DNA of 64,000 nt, taken from NCBI GenBank assembly GCA_964057225.1, contig OZ059898.1, positions 18,538,001 through 18,602,000 of the forward strand, in the 5' to 3' direction. This document shows, piece after piece, positions 1 to 13,600 of the stretch (positions are counted from its first letter, which is position 1; each line of letters begins with the position of its first letter). The notes beneath the pieces were generated by a model. It saw only the letters and a list, made by a program, of their open reading frames with translations. It searched no databases and was not told where the DNA came from. The position numbers and the translations under genes are program-made. The stretch is from Auanema rhodensis. Its lineage: Eukaryota; Animalia; Nematoda.

Positions 1-3000
1 GTTTCCAAAATTAGATTTCGCATGTCCATATTAGTCTAAAAACAAATTTTTATTGATATTGGTGCATGGTAACCATGACTTTGAAATTTACGTGAACTTC
101 AATTTATGCTAATTAAGTGTACACGTGATGTGCACTTGGTATGTAACTCGCTTCACGTGAAAGATAAAGAGATGCGGTTTTCAAAATTAGATTCCTCATG
201 TCCATATTAGTCTAAAAACAAATTTTTATTGATATTGGTGCATGGCAACCATGACTTTAAAATTTACGTGTACTTTAATTTATGCTAATTAAGTGTACAC
301 ATGATGTGCACTTGGTATGTAACTCGCTTCACGTGAAAGATAAAGAGATGCGGTTTTCAAAATTAGATTCCCCATGTCCATATTAGTCTAAAAACAAATT
401 TTTATTGATATTGGTGCATGGCAACCATGACTTTCAAATTTACGTGAACTTCAATTTATGCTAATTAAGTGTACACGTGATGTGCACTTGGTATGTAACT
501 CGCTTCGCGTCAAAGATAAAGAGATGCGGTTTTCAAAATTAGATTCCCCATGTCCATATTAGTCTAAAAACAAATTTTTATTGATATTGGTGCATGGTAA
601 CCATGACTTTGAAATTTACGTGAACTTTAATTTATGCTAATTAAGTGTACACGTGATGTGCACTTGGTATGTAACTCGCTTCGCGTCAAAGATAAAGAGA
701 TGCGGTTTTCAAAATTAGATTCCCCATGTCCATATTAGTCTAAAAACAAATTTTTGTTGATATTGGTGGATGGTAACCATGACTTTGAAATTTACGTGAA
801 CTTTAATTTATGCTAATTAAGTGTACACGTGATGTGCACTTGGTATGTAACTCGCTTCACGTGAAAGATAAAGAGATGCGGTTTTCAAAATTAGATTCCT
901 CATGTCCATATTAGTCTAAAAACGAATTTTTATTGATATTGATGCATGGTAACCATGACTTTGAAATTTACGTGAACTTTAATTTATGCTTATTAAGTGT
1001 ACACGTGATGTGCACTTGGTATGTAACTCGCTTCAAGTGAAAGATAAAGAGATGCGGTTTTCAAAATTAGATTCCCCATGTCCATATTAGTCTAAAAACA
1101 AATTTTTATTGATATTGGTGCATGGTAACTATGACTTTGAAATTTACGTGAACTTTAATTTATGCTAATTAAGTGTACACATGATGTGCACTTGGTATGT
1201 AACTCGCTTCACGTCAAAGATAAAGAGATGCGGTTTTCAAAATTAGAATTCGCATGTCCATATTAGTCTAAAAACAAATTTTTATTGATATTGGTGCATG
1301 GTAACTATGACTTTGAAATTTACGTGAACTTTAATTTATGCTAATTAAGTGTACACATGATGTGCACTTGGTATGTAACTCGCTTCACGTCAAAGATAAA
1401 GAGATGCGGTTTTCAAAATTAGATTTCGCATGTCCATATTAGTCTAAAAACAAATTTTTATTGATATTGGTGCATGGTAACCATGACTTTGAAATTTACG
1501 TGAACTTTAATTTATGCTAATTAAGTGTACACATGATGTGCACTTGGTATGTAACTCGCTTAACGTGAAAGATAAAGAGATGCGGTTTTCAAAATTAGAT
1601 TCCCCATGTCCATATTAGTCTAAAAACAAATTTTTATTGATATTGGTGCATGGCAACCATGACTTTAAAATTTACGTGTACTTTAATTTATGCTAATTAA
1701 GTGTACACATGATGTGCACTTGGTATGTAACTCGCTTCACGTGAAAGATAAAGAGATGCGGTTTTCAAAATTAGATTTCCCATGTCCATATTAGTCTAAA
1801 AACAAATTTTTATTGATATTGGTGCATGGCAACCATGACTTTCAAATTTACGTGAACTTCAATTTATGCTAATTAAGTGTACACGTGATGTGCACTTGGT
1901 ATGTAACTCGCTTCGCGTCAAAGATAAAGAGATGCGGTTTTCAAAATTAGATTCCCCATGTCCATATTAGTCTAAAAACAAATTTTTATTGATATTGGTG
2001 CATGGTAACCATGACTTTGAAATTTACGTGAACTTTAATTTATGCTAATTAAGTGTACACGTGATGTGCACTTGGTATGTAACTCGCTTCGCGTCAAAGA
2101 TAAAGAGATGCGGTTTTCAAAATTAGATTCCCCATGTCCATATTAGTCTAAAAACAAATTTTTGTTGATATTGGTGGATGGTAACTATGACTTTGAAATT
2201 TACGTGAACTTTAATTTATGCTAATTAAGTGTACACATGATGTGCACTTGGTATGTAACTCGCTTCGCGTCAAAGATAAAGAGATGCGGTTTTCAAAATT
2301 AGATTCCCCATGTCCATATTAGTCTAAAAACAAATTTTTGTTGATATTGGTGGATGGTAACTATGACTTTGAAATTTACGTGAACTTTAATTTATGCTAA
2401 TTAAGTGTACACATGATGTGCACTTGGTATGCAACTCGCTTCACGTGAAAGATAAAGAGATGCGGTTTTCAAAATTAGATTCCCCATGTCCATATTAGTC
2501 TAAAAACAAATTTTTATTGATATTGATGAATGGTAACCATGACTTTGAAATTTACGTGAACTTTAATTTATGCTTATTAAGTGTACACGTGATGTGCACT
2601 TGGTATGTAACTCGCTTCAAGTGAAAGATAAAGAGATGCGGTTTTCAAAATTAGATTCCCCATGTCCATATTAGTCTAAAAACAAATTTTTATTGATATT
2701 GGTGCATGGTAACTATGACTTTGAAATTTACGTGAACTTTAATTTATGCTAATTAAGTGTACACATGATGTGCACTTGGTATGTAACTCGCTTCACGTCA
2801 AAGATAAAGAGATGCGGTTTTCAAAATTAGATTTCGCATGTCCATATTAGTCTAAAAACAAATTTTTATTGATATTGATGCATGGTAACCATGACTTTGA
2901 AATTTACGTGAACTTTAATTTATGCTAATTAAGTGTACACGTGATGTGCACTTGGTATGTAACTCGCTTCACGTGAAAGATAAAGAGATGCGGTTTTCAA

Positions 3001-4455
3001 AATTAGATTTCGCATGTCCATATTAGTCTAAAAACAAATTTTTATTGATATTGGTGCATGGCATCCATGACTTTAAAATTTACGTGTACTTTAATTTATG
3101 CTAATTAAGTGTACACGTGATGTGCACTTGGTATGTAACTCGCTTCACGTGAAAGATAAAGAGATGCGGTTTTCAAAATTAGATTTCGCATGTCCATATT
3201 AGTCTAAAAACAAATTTTTATTGATATTGGTGCATGGCAACCATGACTTTAAAATTTACGTGTACTTTAATTTATGCTAATTAAGTGTACACATGATGTG
3301 CACTTGGTATGTAACTTGCTTCACGTCAAAGATAAAGAGATGCGGTTTTCAAAATTAGATTTCGCATGTCCATATTAGTCTAAAAACAAATTTTTATTGA
3401 TATTGGTGCATGGTAACCATGACTTTGAAATTTACGTGAACTTTAATTTATGCTAATTAAGTGTACACGTGATGTGCACTTGGTATGTAACTCGCTTCAC
3501 GTGAAAGATAAAGAGATGCGGTTTTCAAAATTAGATTCCCCATGTCCATATTAGTCTAAAAACAAATTTTTATTGATATTGGTGCATGGCAACCATGACT
3601 TTAAAGTTTACGTGTACTTTAATTTATGCTAATTAAGTGTACACATGATGTGCACTTGGTATGTAACTCGCTTCACGTCAAAGATAAAGAGATGCGGTTT
3701 TCAAAATTAGATTTCGCATGTCCATATTAGTCTAAAAACAAATTTTTATTGATATTGGTGCATGGTAACCATGACTTTGAAATTTACGTGAACTTTAATT
3801 TATGCTAATTAAGTGTACTCGTGATGTGCACTTGGTATGTAACTCGCTTCACGTGAAAGATAAAAAGATGCGGTTTTCAAAATTAGATTCCTCATGTCCA
3901 TATTAGTCTAAAAACAAATTTTTATTGGTATTGGTGCATGACAACCATGACTTTTAAATTTACGTGTACTTTAATTTATGCTAATTAAGTGTACACATGA
4001 TGTGCACTTGGTATGTAACTCGCTTCACGTCAAAGATAAAGAGATGCGGTTTTCAAAATTAGATTCCTCATGTCCATATTAGTCTAAAAACAAATTTTTA
4101 TTAATATTGGTGCATGGTAACCATGACTTTGAAATTTATGTGAACTTTAATTTATGCTAATTAAGTGTACACATGATGTGCACTTGGTATGTAACTCGCT
4201 TCACGTGAAAGATAAAGAGATGCGGTTTTCAAAATTAGATTCCTCATGTCCATATTAGTCTAAAAACAAATTTTTATTGGTATTGGTGCATGACAACCAT
4301 GACTTTTAAATTTACGTGTACTTTAATTTATGCTAATTAAGTGTACACATGATGTGCACTTGGTATGTAACTCGCTTCACGTCAAAGATAAAGAGATGCG
4401 GTTTTCAAAATTAGATTCCTCATGTCCATATTAGTCTAAAAACAAATTTTTATTA

Positions 4456-7400
4456 ATATTGGTGCATGGTAACCATGACTTTGAAATTTATGTGAACTTT
4501 AATTTATGCTAATTAAGTGTACACATGATGTGCACTTGGTATGTAACTCGCTTCACGTGAAAGATAAAGAGATGCGGTTTTCAAAATTAGATTCCTCATG
4601 TCCATATTAGTCTAAAAACGAATTTTTATTGATATTGATGCATGGTAATCATGACTTTGAAATTTTCGTGAACTTTAATTTATGCTTATTAAGTGTACAC
4701 GTGATGTGCACTTGGTATGTAACTCGCTTCACGTGAAAGATAAAGGGATGCGGTTTTCAAAATTAGATTCCCCATGTCCATATTAGTCTAAAAACAAATT
4801 TTTGTTGATATTGGTGGATGGTAACCATGACTTTGAAATTTACGTGAACTTTAATTTATGCTAATTAAGTGTACACGTGATGTGCACTTGGTATGTAACT
4901 CGCTTCACGTGAAAGATAAAGAGATGCGATTTTCAAAATTAGATTTCGCATGTCCATATTAGTCTAAAAACGAATTTTTATTGATATTGGTGCATGGTAA
5001 CCATGACTTTGAAATTTACGTGAACTTTAATTTATGCTAATTAAGTGTACACGTGATGTGCACTTGGTATGTAACTCGCTTCACGTGAAAGATAAAGAGA
5101 TGCGGTTTTCAAAATTAGATTCCCCATGTCCATATTAGTCTAAAAACAAATTTTTATTGATATTGGTGCATGGTAACCATGACTTTGAAATTTACGTGAA
5201 CTTTAATTTATGCTAATTAAGTGTACACGTGAAGTGCACTTGGTATGTAACTCGCTTCACGTGAAAGATAAAGAGATGCGGTTTTCAAAATTAGATTCCC
5301 CATGTCCATATTAGTCTAAAAACAAATTTTTATTGATATTGGTGCATGGTAACCATGACTTTGAAATTTACGTGAACTTTAATTTATGCTAATTAAGTGT
5401 ACACATGATGTGCACTCGGTATGTAACTCGCTTCACGTGAAAGATAAAGAGATGCGGTTTTCAAAATTAGATTCCGCATGTCCATATTAGTCTAAAAACA
5501 AATTTTTATTGATATTGGTGCATGGTAACCATGACTTTGAAATTTACGTGAACTTTAATTTATGCTAATTAAGTGTACACGTGATGTGCACTTGGTATAT
5601 AACTCGCTTCACGTGAAAGATAAAGAGATGCGGTTTCCAAAATTAGATTTCGCATGTCCATATTAGTCTAAAAACAAATTTTTGTTGATATTTGTGGATG
5701 GTAACCATGACTTTGAAATTTACGTGAACTTTAATTTATGCTAATTAAGTGTACACGTGATGTGCACTTGGTATGTAACTCGCTTCACGTGAAAGATGAA
5801 GAGATGCGGTTTTCAAAATTAGGTTCCCCATGTCCATATTAGTCTAAAAACAAATTTTTATTGATATTGGTGCATGGTAACCATGACTTTGAAATTTACG
5901 TGAACTTTAATTTATGCTAATTAAGTGTACACGTGAAGTGCACTTGGTATGTAACTCGCTTCACGTGAAAGATAAAGAGATGCGGTTTTCAAAATTAGAT
6001 TCCCCATGTCCATATTAGTCTAAAAACAAATTTTTATTGATATTGGTGCATGGTAACCATGACTTTGAAATTTACGTGAACTTTAATTTATGCTAATTAA
6101 GTGTACACATGATGTGCACTCGGTATGTAACTCGCTTCACGTGAAAGATAAAGAGATGCGGTTTTCAAAATTAGATTCCGCATGTCCATATTAGTCTAAA
6201 AACAAATTTTTATTGATATTGGTGCATGGTAACCATGACTTTGAAATTTACGTGAACTTTAATTTATGCTAATTAAGTGTACACGTGATGTGCACTTGGT
6301 ATGTAACTCGCTTCACGTGAAAGATAAAGAGATGCGGTTTCCAAAATTAGATTTCGCATGTCCATATTAGTCTAAAAACAAATTTTTATTGATATTGGTG
6401 CATGGTAACCATGACTTTGAAATTTACGTGAACTTCAATTTATGCTAATTAAGTGTACACGTGATGTGCACTTGGTATGTAACTCGCTTCACGTGAAAGA
6501 TAAAGAGATGCGGTTTTCAAAATTAGATTCCTCATGTCCATATTAGTCTAAAAACAAATTTTTATTGATATTGGTGCATGGCAACCATGACTTTAAAATT
6601 TACGTGTACTTTAATTTATGCTAATTAAGTGTACACATGATGTGCACTTGGTATGTAACTCGCTTCACGTGAAAGATAAAGAGATGCGGTTTTCAAAATT
6701 AGATTCCCCATGTCCATATTAGTCTAAAAACAAATTTTTATTGATATTGGTGCATGGCAACCATGACTTTCAAATTTACGTGAACTTCAATTTATGCTAA
6801 TTAAGTGTACACGTGATGTGCACTTGGTATGTAACTCGCTTCGCGTCAAAGATAAAGAGATGCGGTTTTCAAAATTAGATTCCCCATGTCCATATTAGTC
6901 TAAAAACAAATTTTTATTGATATTGGTGCATGGTAACCATGACTTTGAAATTTACGTGAACTTTAATTTATGCTAATTAAGTGTACACGTGATGTGCACT
7001 TGGTATGTAACTCGCTTCGCGTCAAAGATAAAGAGATGCGGTTTTCAAAATTAGATTCCCCATGTCCATATTAGTCTAAAAACAAATTTTTGTTGATATT
7101 GGTGGATGGTAACCATGACTTTGAAATTTACGTGAACTTTAATTTATGCTAATTAAGTGTACACGTGATGTGCACTTGGTATGTAACTCGCTTCACGTGA
7201 AAGATAAAGAGATGCGGTTTTCAAAATTAGATTCCTCATGTCCATATTAGTCTAAAAACGAATTTTTATTGATATTGATGCATGGTAACCATGACTTTGA
7301 AATTTACGTGAACTTTAATTTATGCTTATTAAGTGTACACGTGATGTGCACTTGGTATGTAACTCGCTTCAAGTGAAAGATAAAGAGATGCGGTTTTCAA

Positions 7401-9723
7401 AATTAGATTCCCCATGTCCATATTAGTCTAAAAACAAATTTTTATTGATATTGGTGCATGGTAACTATGACTTTGAAATTTACGTGAACTTTAATTTATG
7501 CTAATTAAGTGTACACATGATGTGCACTTGGTATGTAACTCGCTTCACGTCAAAGATAAAGAGATGCGGTTTTCAAAATTAGAATTCGCATGTCCATATT
7601 AGTCTAAAAACAAATTTTTATTGATATTGGTGCATGGTAACTATGACTTTGAAATTTACGTGAACTTTAATTTATGCTAATTAAGTGTACACATGATGTG
7701 CACTTGGTATGTAACTCGCTTAACGTGAAAGATAAAGAGATGCGGTTTTCAAAATTAGATTCCCCATGTCCATATTAGTCTAAAAACAAATTTTTATTGA
7801 TATTGGTGCATGGCAACCATGACTTTAAAATTTACGTGTACTTTAATTTATGCTAATTAAGTGTACACATGATGTGCACTTGGTATGTAACTCGCTTCAC
7901 GTGAAAGATAAAGAGATGCGGTTTTCAAAATTAGATTTCCCATGTCCATATTAGTCTAAAAACAAATTTTTATTGATATTGGTGCATGGCAACCATGACT
8001 TTCAAATTTACGTGAACTTCAATTTATGCTAATTAAGTGTACACGTGATGTGCACTTGGTATGTAACTCGCTTCGCGTCAAAGATAAAGAGATGCGGTTT
8101 TCAAAATTAGATTCCCCATGTCCATATTAGTCTAAAAACAAATTTTTATTGATATTGGTGCTTGGTAACCATGACTTTGAAATTTACGTGAACTTTAATT
8201 TATGCTAATTAAGTGTACACGTGATGTGCACTTGGTATGTAACTCGCTTCGCGTCAAAGATAAAGAGATGCGGTTTTCAAAATTAGATTCCCCATGTCCA
8301 TATTAGTCTAAAAACAAATTTTTGTTGATATTGGTGGATGGTAACTATGACTTTGAAATTTACGTGAACTTTAATTTATGCTAATTAAGTGTACACATGA
8401 TGTGCACTTGGTATGTAACTCGCTTCACGTGAAAGATAAAGAGATGCGGTTTTCAAAATTAGATTCCCCATGTCCATATTAGTCTAAAAACAAATTTTTA
8501 TTGATATTGGTGCATGGTAACCATGACTTTGAAATTTACGTGTACTTTAATTTATGCTAATTAAGTGTACACATGATGTGCACTTGGTATGTAACTCGCT
8601 TCACGTGAAAGATAAAGAGATGCGGTTTTCAAAATTAGATTCCCCATGTCCATATTAGTCTAAAAACAAATTTTTATTGATATTGGTGCATGGCAACCAT
8701 GACTTTCAAATTTACGTGAACTTCAATTTATGCTAATTAAGTGTACACGTGATGTGCACTTGGTATGTAACTCGCTTCGCGTCAAAGATAAAGAGATGCG
8801 GTTTTCAAAATTAGATTCCCCATGTCCATATTAGTCTAAAAACAAATTTTTATTGATATTGGTGCATGGTAACCATGACTTTGAAATTTACGTGAACTTT
8901 AATTTATGCTAATTAAGTGTACACGTGATGTGCACTTGGTATGTAACTCGCTTCGCGTCAAAGATAAAGAGATGCGGTTTTCAAAATTAGATTCCCCATG
9001 TCCATATTAGTCTAAAAACAAATTTTTGTTGATATTGGTGGATGGTAACTATGACTTTGAAATTAACGTGAACTTTAATTTATGCTAATTAAGTGTACAC
9101 ATGATGTGCACTTGGTATGTAACTCGCTTCACGTGAAAGATAAAGAGATGCGGTTTTCAAAATTAGATTCCCCATGTCCATATTAGTCTAAAAACGAATT
9201 TTTATTGATATTGATGCATGGTAACCATGACTTTGAAATTTACGTGAACTTTAATTTATGCTTATTAAGTGTACACGTGATGTGCACTTGGTATGTAACT
9301 CGCTTCAAGTGAAAGATAAAGAGATGCGGTTTTCAAAATTAGATTCCCCATGTCCATATTAGTCTAAAAACAAATTTTTATTGATATTGGTGCATGGTAA
9401 CTATGACTTTGAAATTTACGTGAACTTTAATTTATGCTAATTAAGTGTACACATGATGTGCACTTGGTATGTAACTCGCTTCACGTCAAAGATAAAGAGA
9501 TGCGGTTTTCAAAATTAGATTTCGCATGTCCATATTAGTCTAAAAACAAATTTTTATTGATATTGGTGCATGGTAACCATGACTTTGAAATTTACGTGAA
9601 CTTTAATTTATGCTAATTAAGTGTACACATGATGTGCACTTGGTATGTAACTCGCTTAACGTGAAAGATAAAGAGATGCGGTTTTCAAAATTAGATTCCC
9701 CATGTCCATATTAGTCTAAAAAC
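4456..9723. repeat. ~30-monomer block, copy A (duplicated at +6160 bp = 35 monomers)
   Basis: Private variants recur at exactly +6160: cttggtatat 5591/11751, gaattc 7582/13742, cttggtaacc 8161/14321, aattaacgtg 9061/15221. Ends are approximate, set by the first mismatching variants. Confidence 0.9.
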
Positions 9724-10615
9724 GAATTTTTATTGATATTGGTGCATGGTAACCATGACTTTGAAATTTACGTGAACTTTAATTTATGCTAATTAAGTGT
9801 ACACATGATGTGCACTTGGTATGTAACTCGCTTAACGTGAAAGATAAAGAGATGCGGTTTTCAAAATTAGATTCCCCATGTCCATATTAGTCTAAAAACG
9901 AATTTTTATTGATATTGGTGCATGGTAACCATGACTTTGAAATTTACGTGAACTTTAATTTATGCTAATTAAGTGTACACATGATGTGCACTTGGTATGT
10001 AACTCGCTTCACGTCAAAGATAAAGAGATGCGGTTTTCAAAATTAGATTTCGCATGTCCATATTAGTCTAAAAACAAATTTTTATTGATATTGGTGCATG
10101 GTAACCATGACTTTGAAATTTACGTGAACTTTAATTTATGCTAATTAAGTGTACACATGATGTGCACTTGGTATGTAACTCGCTTCACGTGAAAGATAAA
10201 GAGATGCGGTTTTCAAAATTAGATTCCCCATGTCCATATTAGTCTAAAAACGAATTTTTATTGATATTGGTGCATGGTAACCATGACTTTGAAATTTACG
10301 TGAACTTTAATTTATGCTAATTAAGTGTACACATGATGTGCACTTGGTATGTAACTCGCTTCACGTGAAAGATAAAGAGATGCGGTTTTCAAAATTAGAT
10401 TCCCCATGTCCATATTAGTCTAAAAACGAATTTTTATTGATATTGATGCATGGTAACCATGACTTTGAAATTTACGTGAACTTTAATTTATGCTTATTAA
10501 GTGTACACGTGATGTGCACTTGGTATGTAACTCGCTTCAAGTGAAAGATAAAGAGATGCGGTTTTCAAAATTAGATTCCCCATGTCCATATTAGTCTAAA
10601 AACAAATTTTTATTG

Positions 10616-13600
10616 ATATTGGTGCATGGTAACCATGACTTTGAAATTTATGTGAACTTTAATTTATGCTAATTAAGTGTACACATGATGTGCACTTGGT
10701 ATGTAACTCGCTTCACGTGAAAGATAAAGAGATGCGGTTTTCAAAATTAGATTCCTCATGTCCATATTAGTCTAAAAACGAATTTTTATTGATATTGATG
10801 CATGGTAATCATGACTTTGAAATTTTCGTGAACTTTAATTTATGCTTATTAAGTGTACACGTGATGTGCACTTGGTATGTAACTCGCTTCACGTGAAAGA
10901 TAAAGGGATGCGGTTTTCAAAATTAGATTCCCCATGTCCATATTAGTCTAAAAACAAATTTTTGTTGATATTGGTGGATGGTAACCATGACTTTGAAATT
11001 TACGTGAACTTTAATTTATGCTAATTAAGTGTACACGTGATGTGCACTTGGTATGTAACTCGCTTCACGTGAAAGATAAAGAGATGCGATTTTCAAAATT
11101 AGATTTCGCATGTCCATATTAGTCTAAAAACGAATTTTTATTGATATTGGTGCATGGTAACCATGACTTTGAAATTTACGTGAACTTTAATTTATGCTAA
11201 TTAAGTGTACACGTGATGTGCACTTGGTATGTAACTCGCTTCACGTGAAAGATAAAGAGATGCGGTTTTCAAAATTAGATTCCCCATGTCCATATTAGTC
11301 TAAAAACAAATTTTTATTGATATTGGTGCATGGTAACCATGACTTTGAAATTTACGTGAACTTTAATTTATGCTAATTAAGTGTACACGTGAAGTGCACT
11401 TGGTATGTAACTCGCTTCACGTGAAAGATAAAGAGATGCGGTTTTCAAAATTAGATTCCCCATGTCCATATTAGTCTAAAAACAAATTTTTATTGATATT
11501 GGTGCATGGTAACCATGACTTTGAAATTTACGTGAACTTTAATTTATGCTAATTAAGTGTACACATGATGTGCACTCGGTATGTAACTCGCTTCACGTGA
11601 AAGATAAAGAGATGCGGTTTTCAAAATTAGATTCCGCATGTCCATATTAGTCTAAAAACAAATTTTTATTGATATTGGTGCATGGTAACCATGACTTTGA
11701 AATTTACGTGAACTTTAATTTATGCTAATTAAGTGTACACGTGATGTGCACTTGGTATATAACTCGCTTCACGTGAAAGATAAAGAGATGCGGTTTCCAA
11801 AATTAGATTTCGCATGTCCATATTAGTCTAAAAACAAATTTTTGTTGATATTTGTGGATGGTAACCATGACTTTGAAATTTACGTGAACTTTAATTTATG
11901 CTAATTAAGTGTACACGTGATGTGCACTTGGTATGTAACTCGCTTCACGTGAAAGATGAAGAGATGCGGTTTTCAAAATTAGGTTCCCCATGTCCATATT
12001 AGTCTAAAAACAAATTTTTATTGATATTGGTGCATGGTAACCATGACTTTGAAATTTACGTGAACTTTAATTTATGCTAATTAAGTGTACACGTGAAGTG
12101 CACTTGGTATGTAACTCGCTTCACGTGAAAGATAAAGAGATGCGGTTTTCAAAATTAGATTCCCCATGTCCATATTAGTCTAAAAACAAATTTTTATTGA
12201 TATTGGTGCATGGTAACCATGACTTTGAAATTTACGTGAACTTTAATTTATGCTAATTAAGTGTACACATGATGTGCACTCGGTATGTAACTCGCTTCAC
12301 GTGAAAGATAAAGAGATGCGGTTTTCAAAATTAGATTCCGCATGTCCATATTAGTCTAAAAACAAATTTTTATTGATATTGGTGCATGGTAACCATGACT
12401 TTGAAATTTACGTGAACTTTAATTTATGCTAATTAAGTGTACACGTGATGTGCACTTGGTATGTAACTCGCTTCACGTGAAAGATAAAGAGATGCGGTTT
12501 CCAAAATTAGATTTCGCATGTCCATATTAGTCTAAAAACAAATTTTTATTGATATTGGTGCATGGTAACCATGACTTTGAAATTTACGTGAACTTCAATT
12601 TATGCTAATTAAGTGTACACGTGATGTGCACTTGGTATGTAACTCGCTTCACGTGAAAGATAAAGAGATGCGGTTTTCAAAATTAGATTCCTCATGTCCA
12701 TATTAGTCTAAAAACAAATTTTTATTGATATTGGTGCATGGCAACCATGACTTTAAAATTTACGTGTACTTTAATTTATGCTAATTAAGTGTACACATGA
12801 TGTGCACTTGGTATGTAACTCGCTTCACGTGAAAGATAAAGAGATGCGGTTTTCAAAATTAGATTCCCCATGTCCATATTAGTCTAAAAACAAATTTTTA
12901 TTGATATTGGTGCATGGCAACCATGACTTTCAAATTTACGTGAACTTCAATTTATGCTAATTAAGTGTACACGTGATGTGCACTTGGTATGTAACTCGCT
13001 TCGCGTCAAAGATAAAGAGATGCGGTTTTCAAAATTAGATTCCCCATGTCCATATTAGTCTAAAAACAAATTTTTATTGATATTGGTGCATGGTAACCAT
13101 GACTTTGAAATTTACGTGAACTTTAATTTATGCTAATTAAGTGTACACGTGATGTGCACTTGGTATGTAACTCGCTTCGCGTCAAAGATAAAGAGATGCG
13201 GTTTTCAAAATTAGATTCCCCATGTCCATATTAGTCTAAAAACAAATTTTTGTTGATATTGGTGGATGGTAACCATGACTTTGAAATTTACGTGAACTTT
13301 AATTTATGCTAATTAAGTGTACACGTGATGTGCACTTGGTATGTAACTCGCTTCACGTGAAAGATAAAGAGATGCGGTTTTCAAAATTAGATTCCTCATG
13401 TCCATATTAGTCTAAAAACGAATTTTTATTGATATTGATGCATGGTAACCATGACTTTGAAATTTACGTGAACTTTAATTTATGCTTATTAAGTGTACAC
13501 GTGATGTGCACTTGGTATGTAACTCGCTTCAAGTGAAAGATAAAGAGATGCGGTTTTCAAAATTAGATTCCCCATGTCCATATTAGTCTAAAAACAAATT

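Noticed and set aside
3601-3622. Variant creating an extra inverted repeat ttaaagt-N8-actttaa
   Set aside because: A short AT-rich arm gained by one or two substitutions in one monomer class is easily chance, and its recurrence is explained by block duplication.
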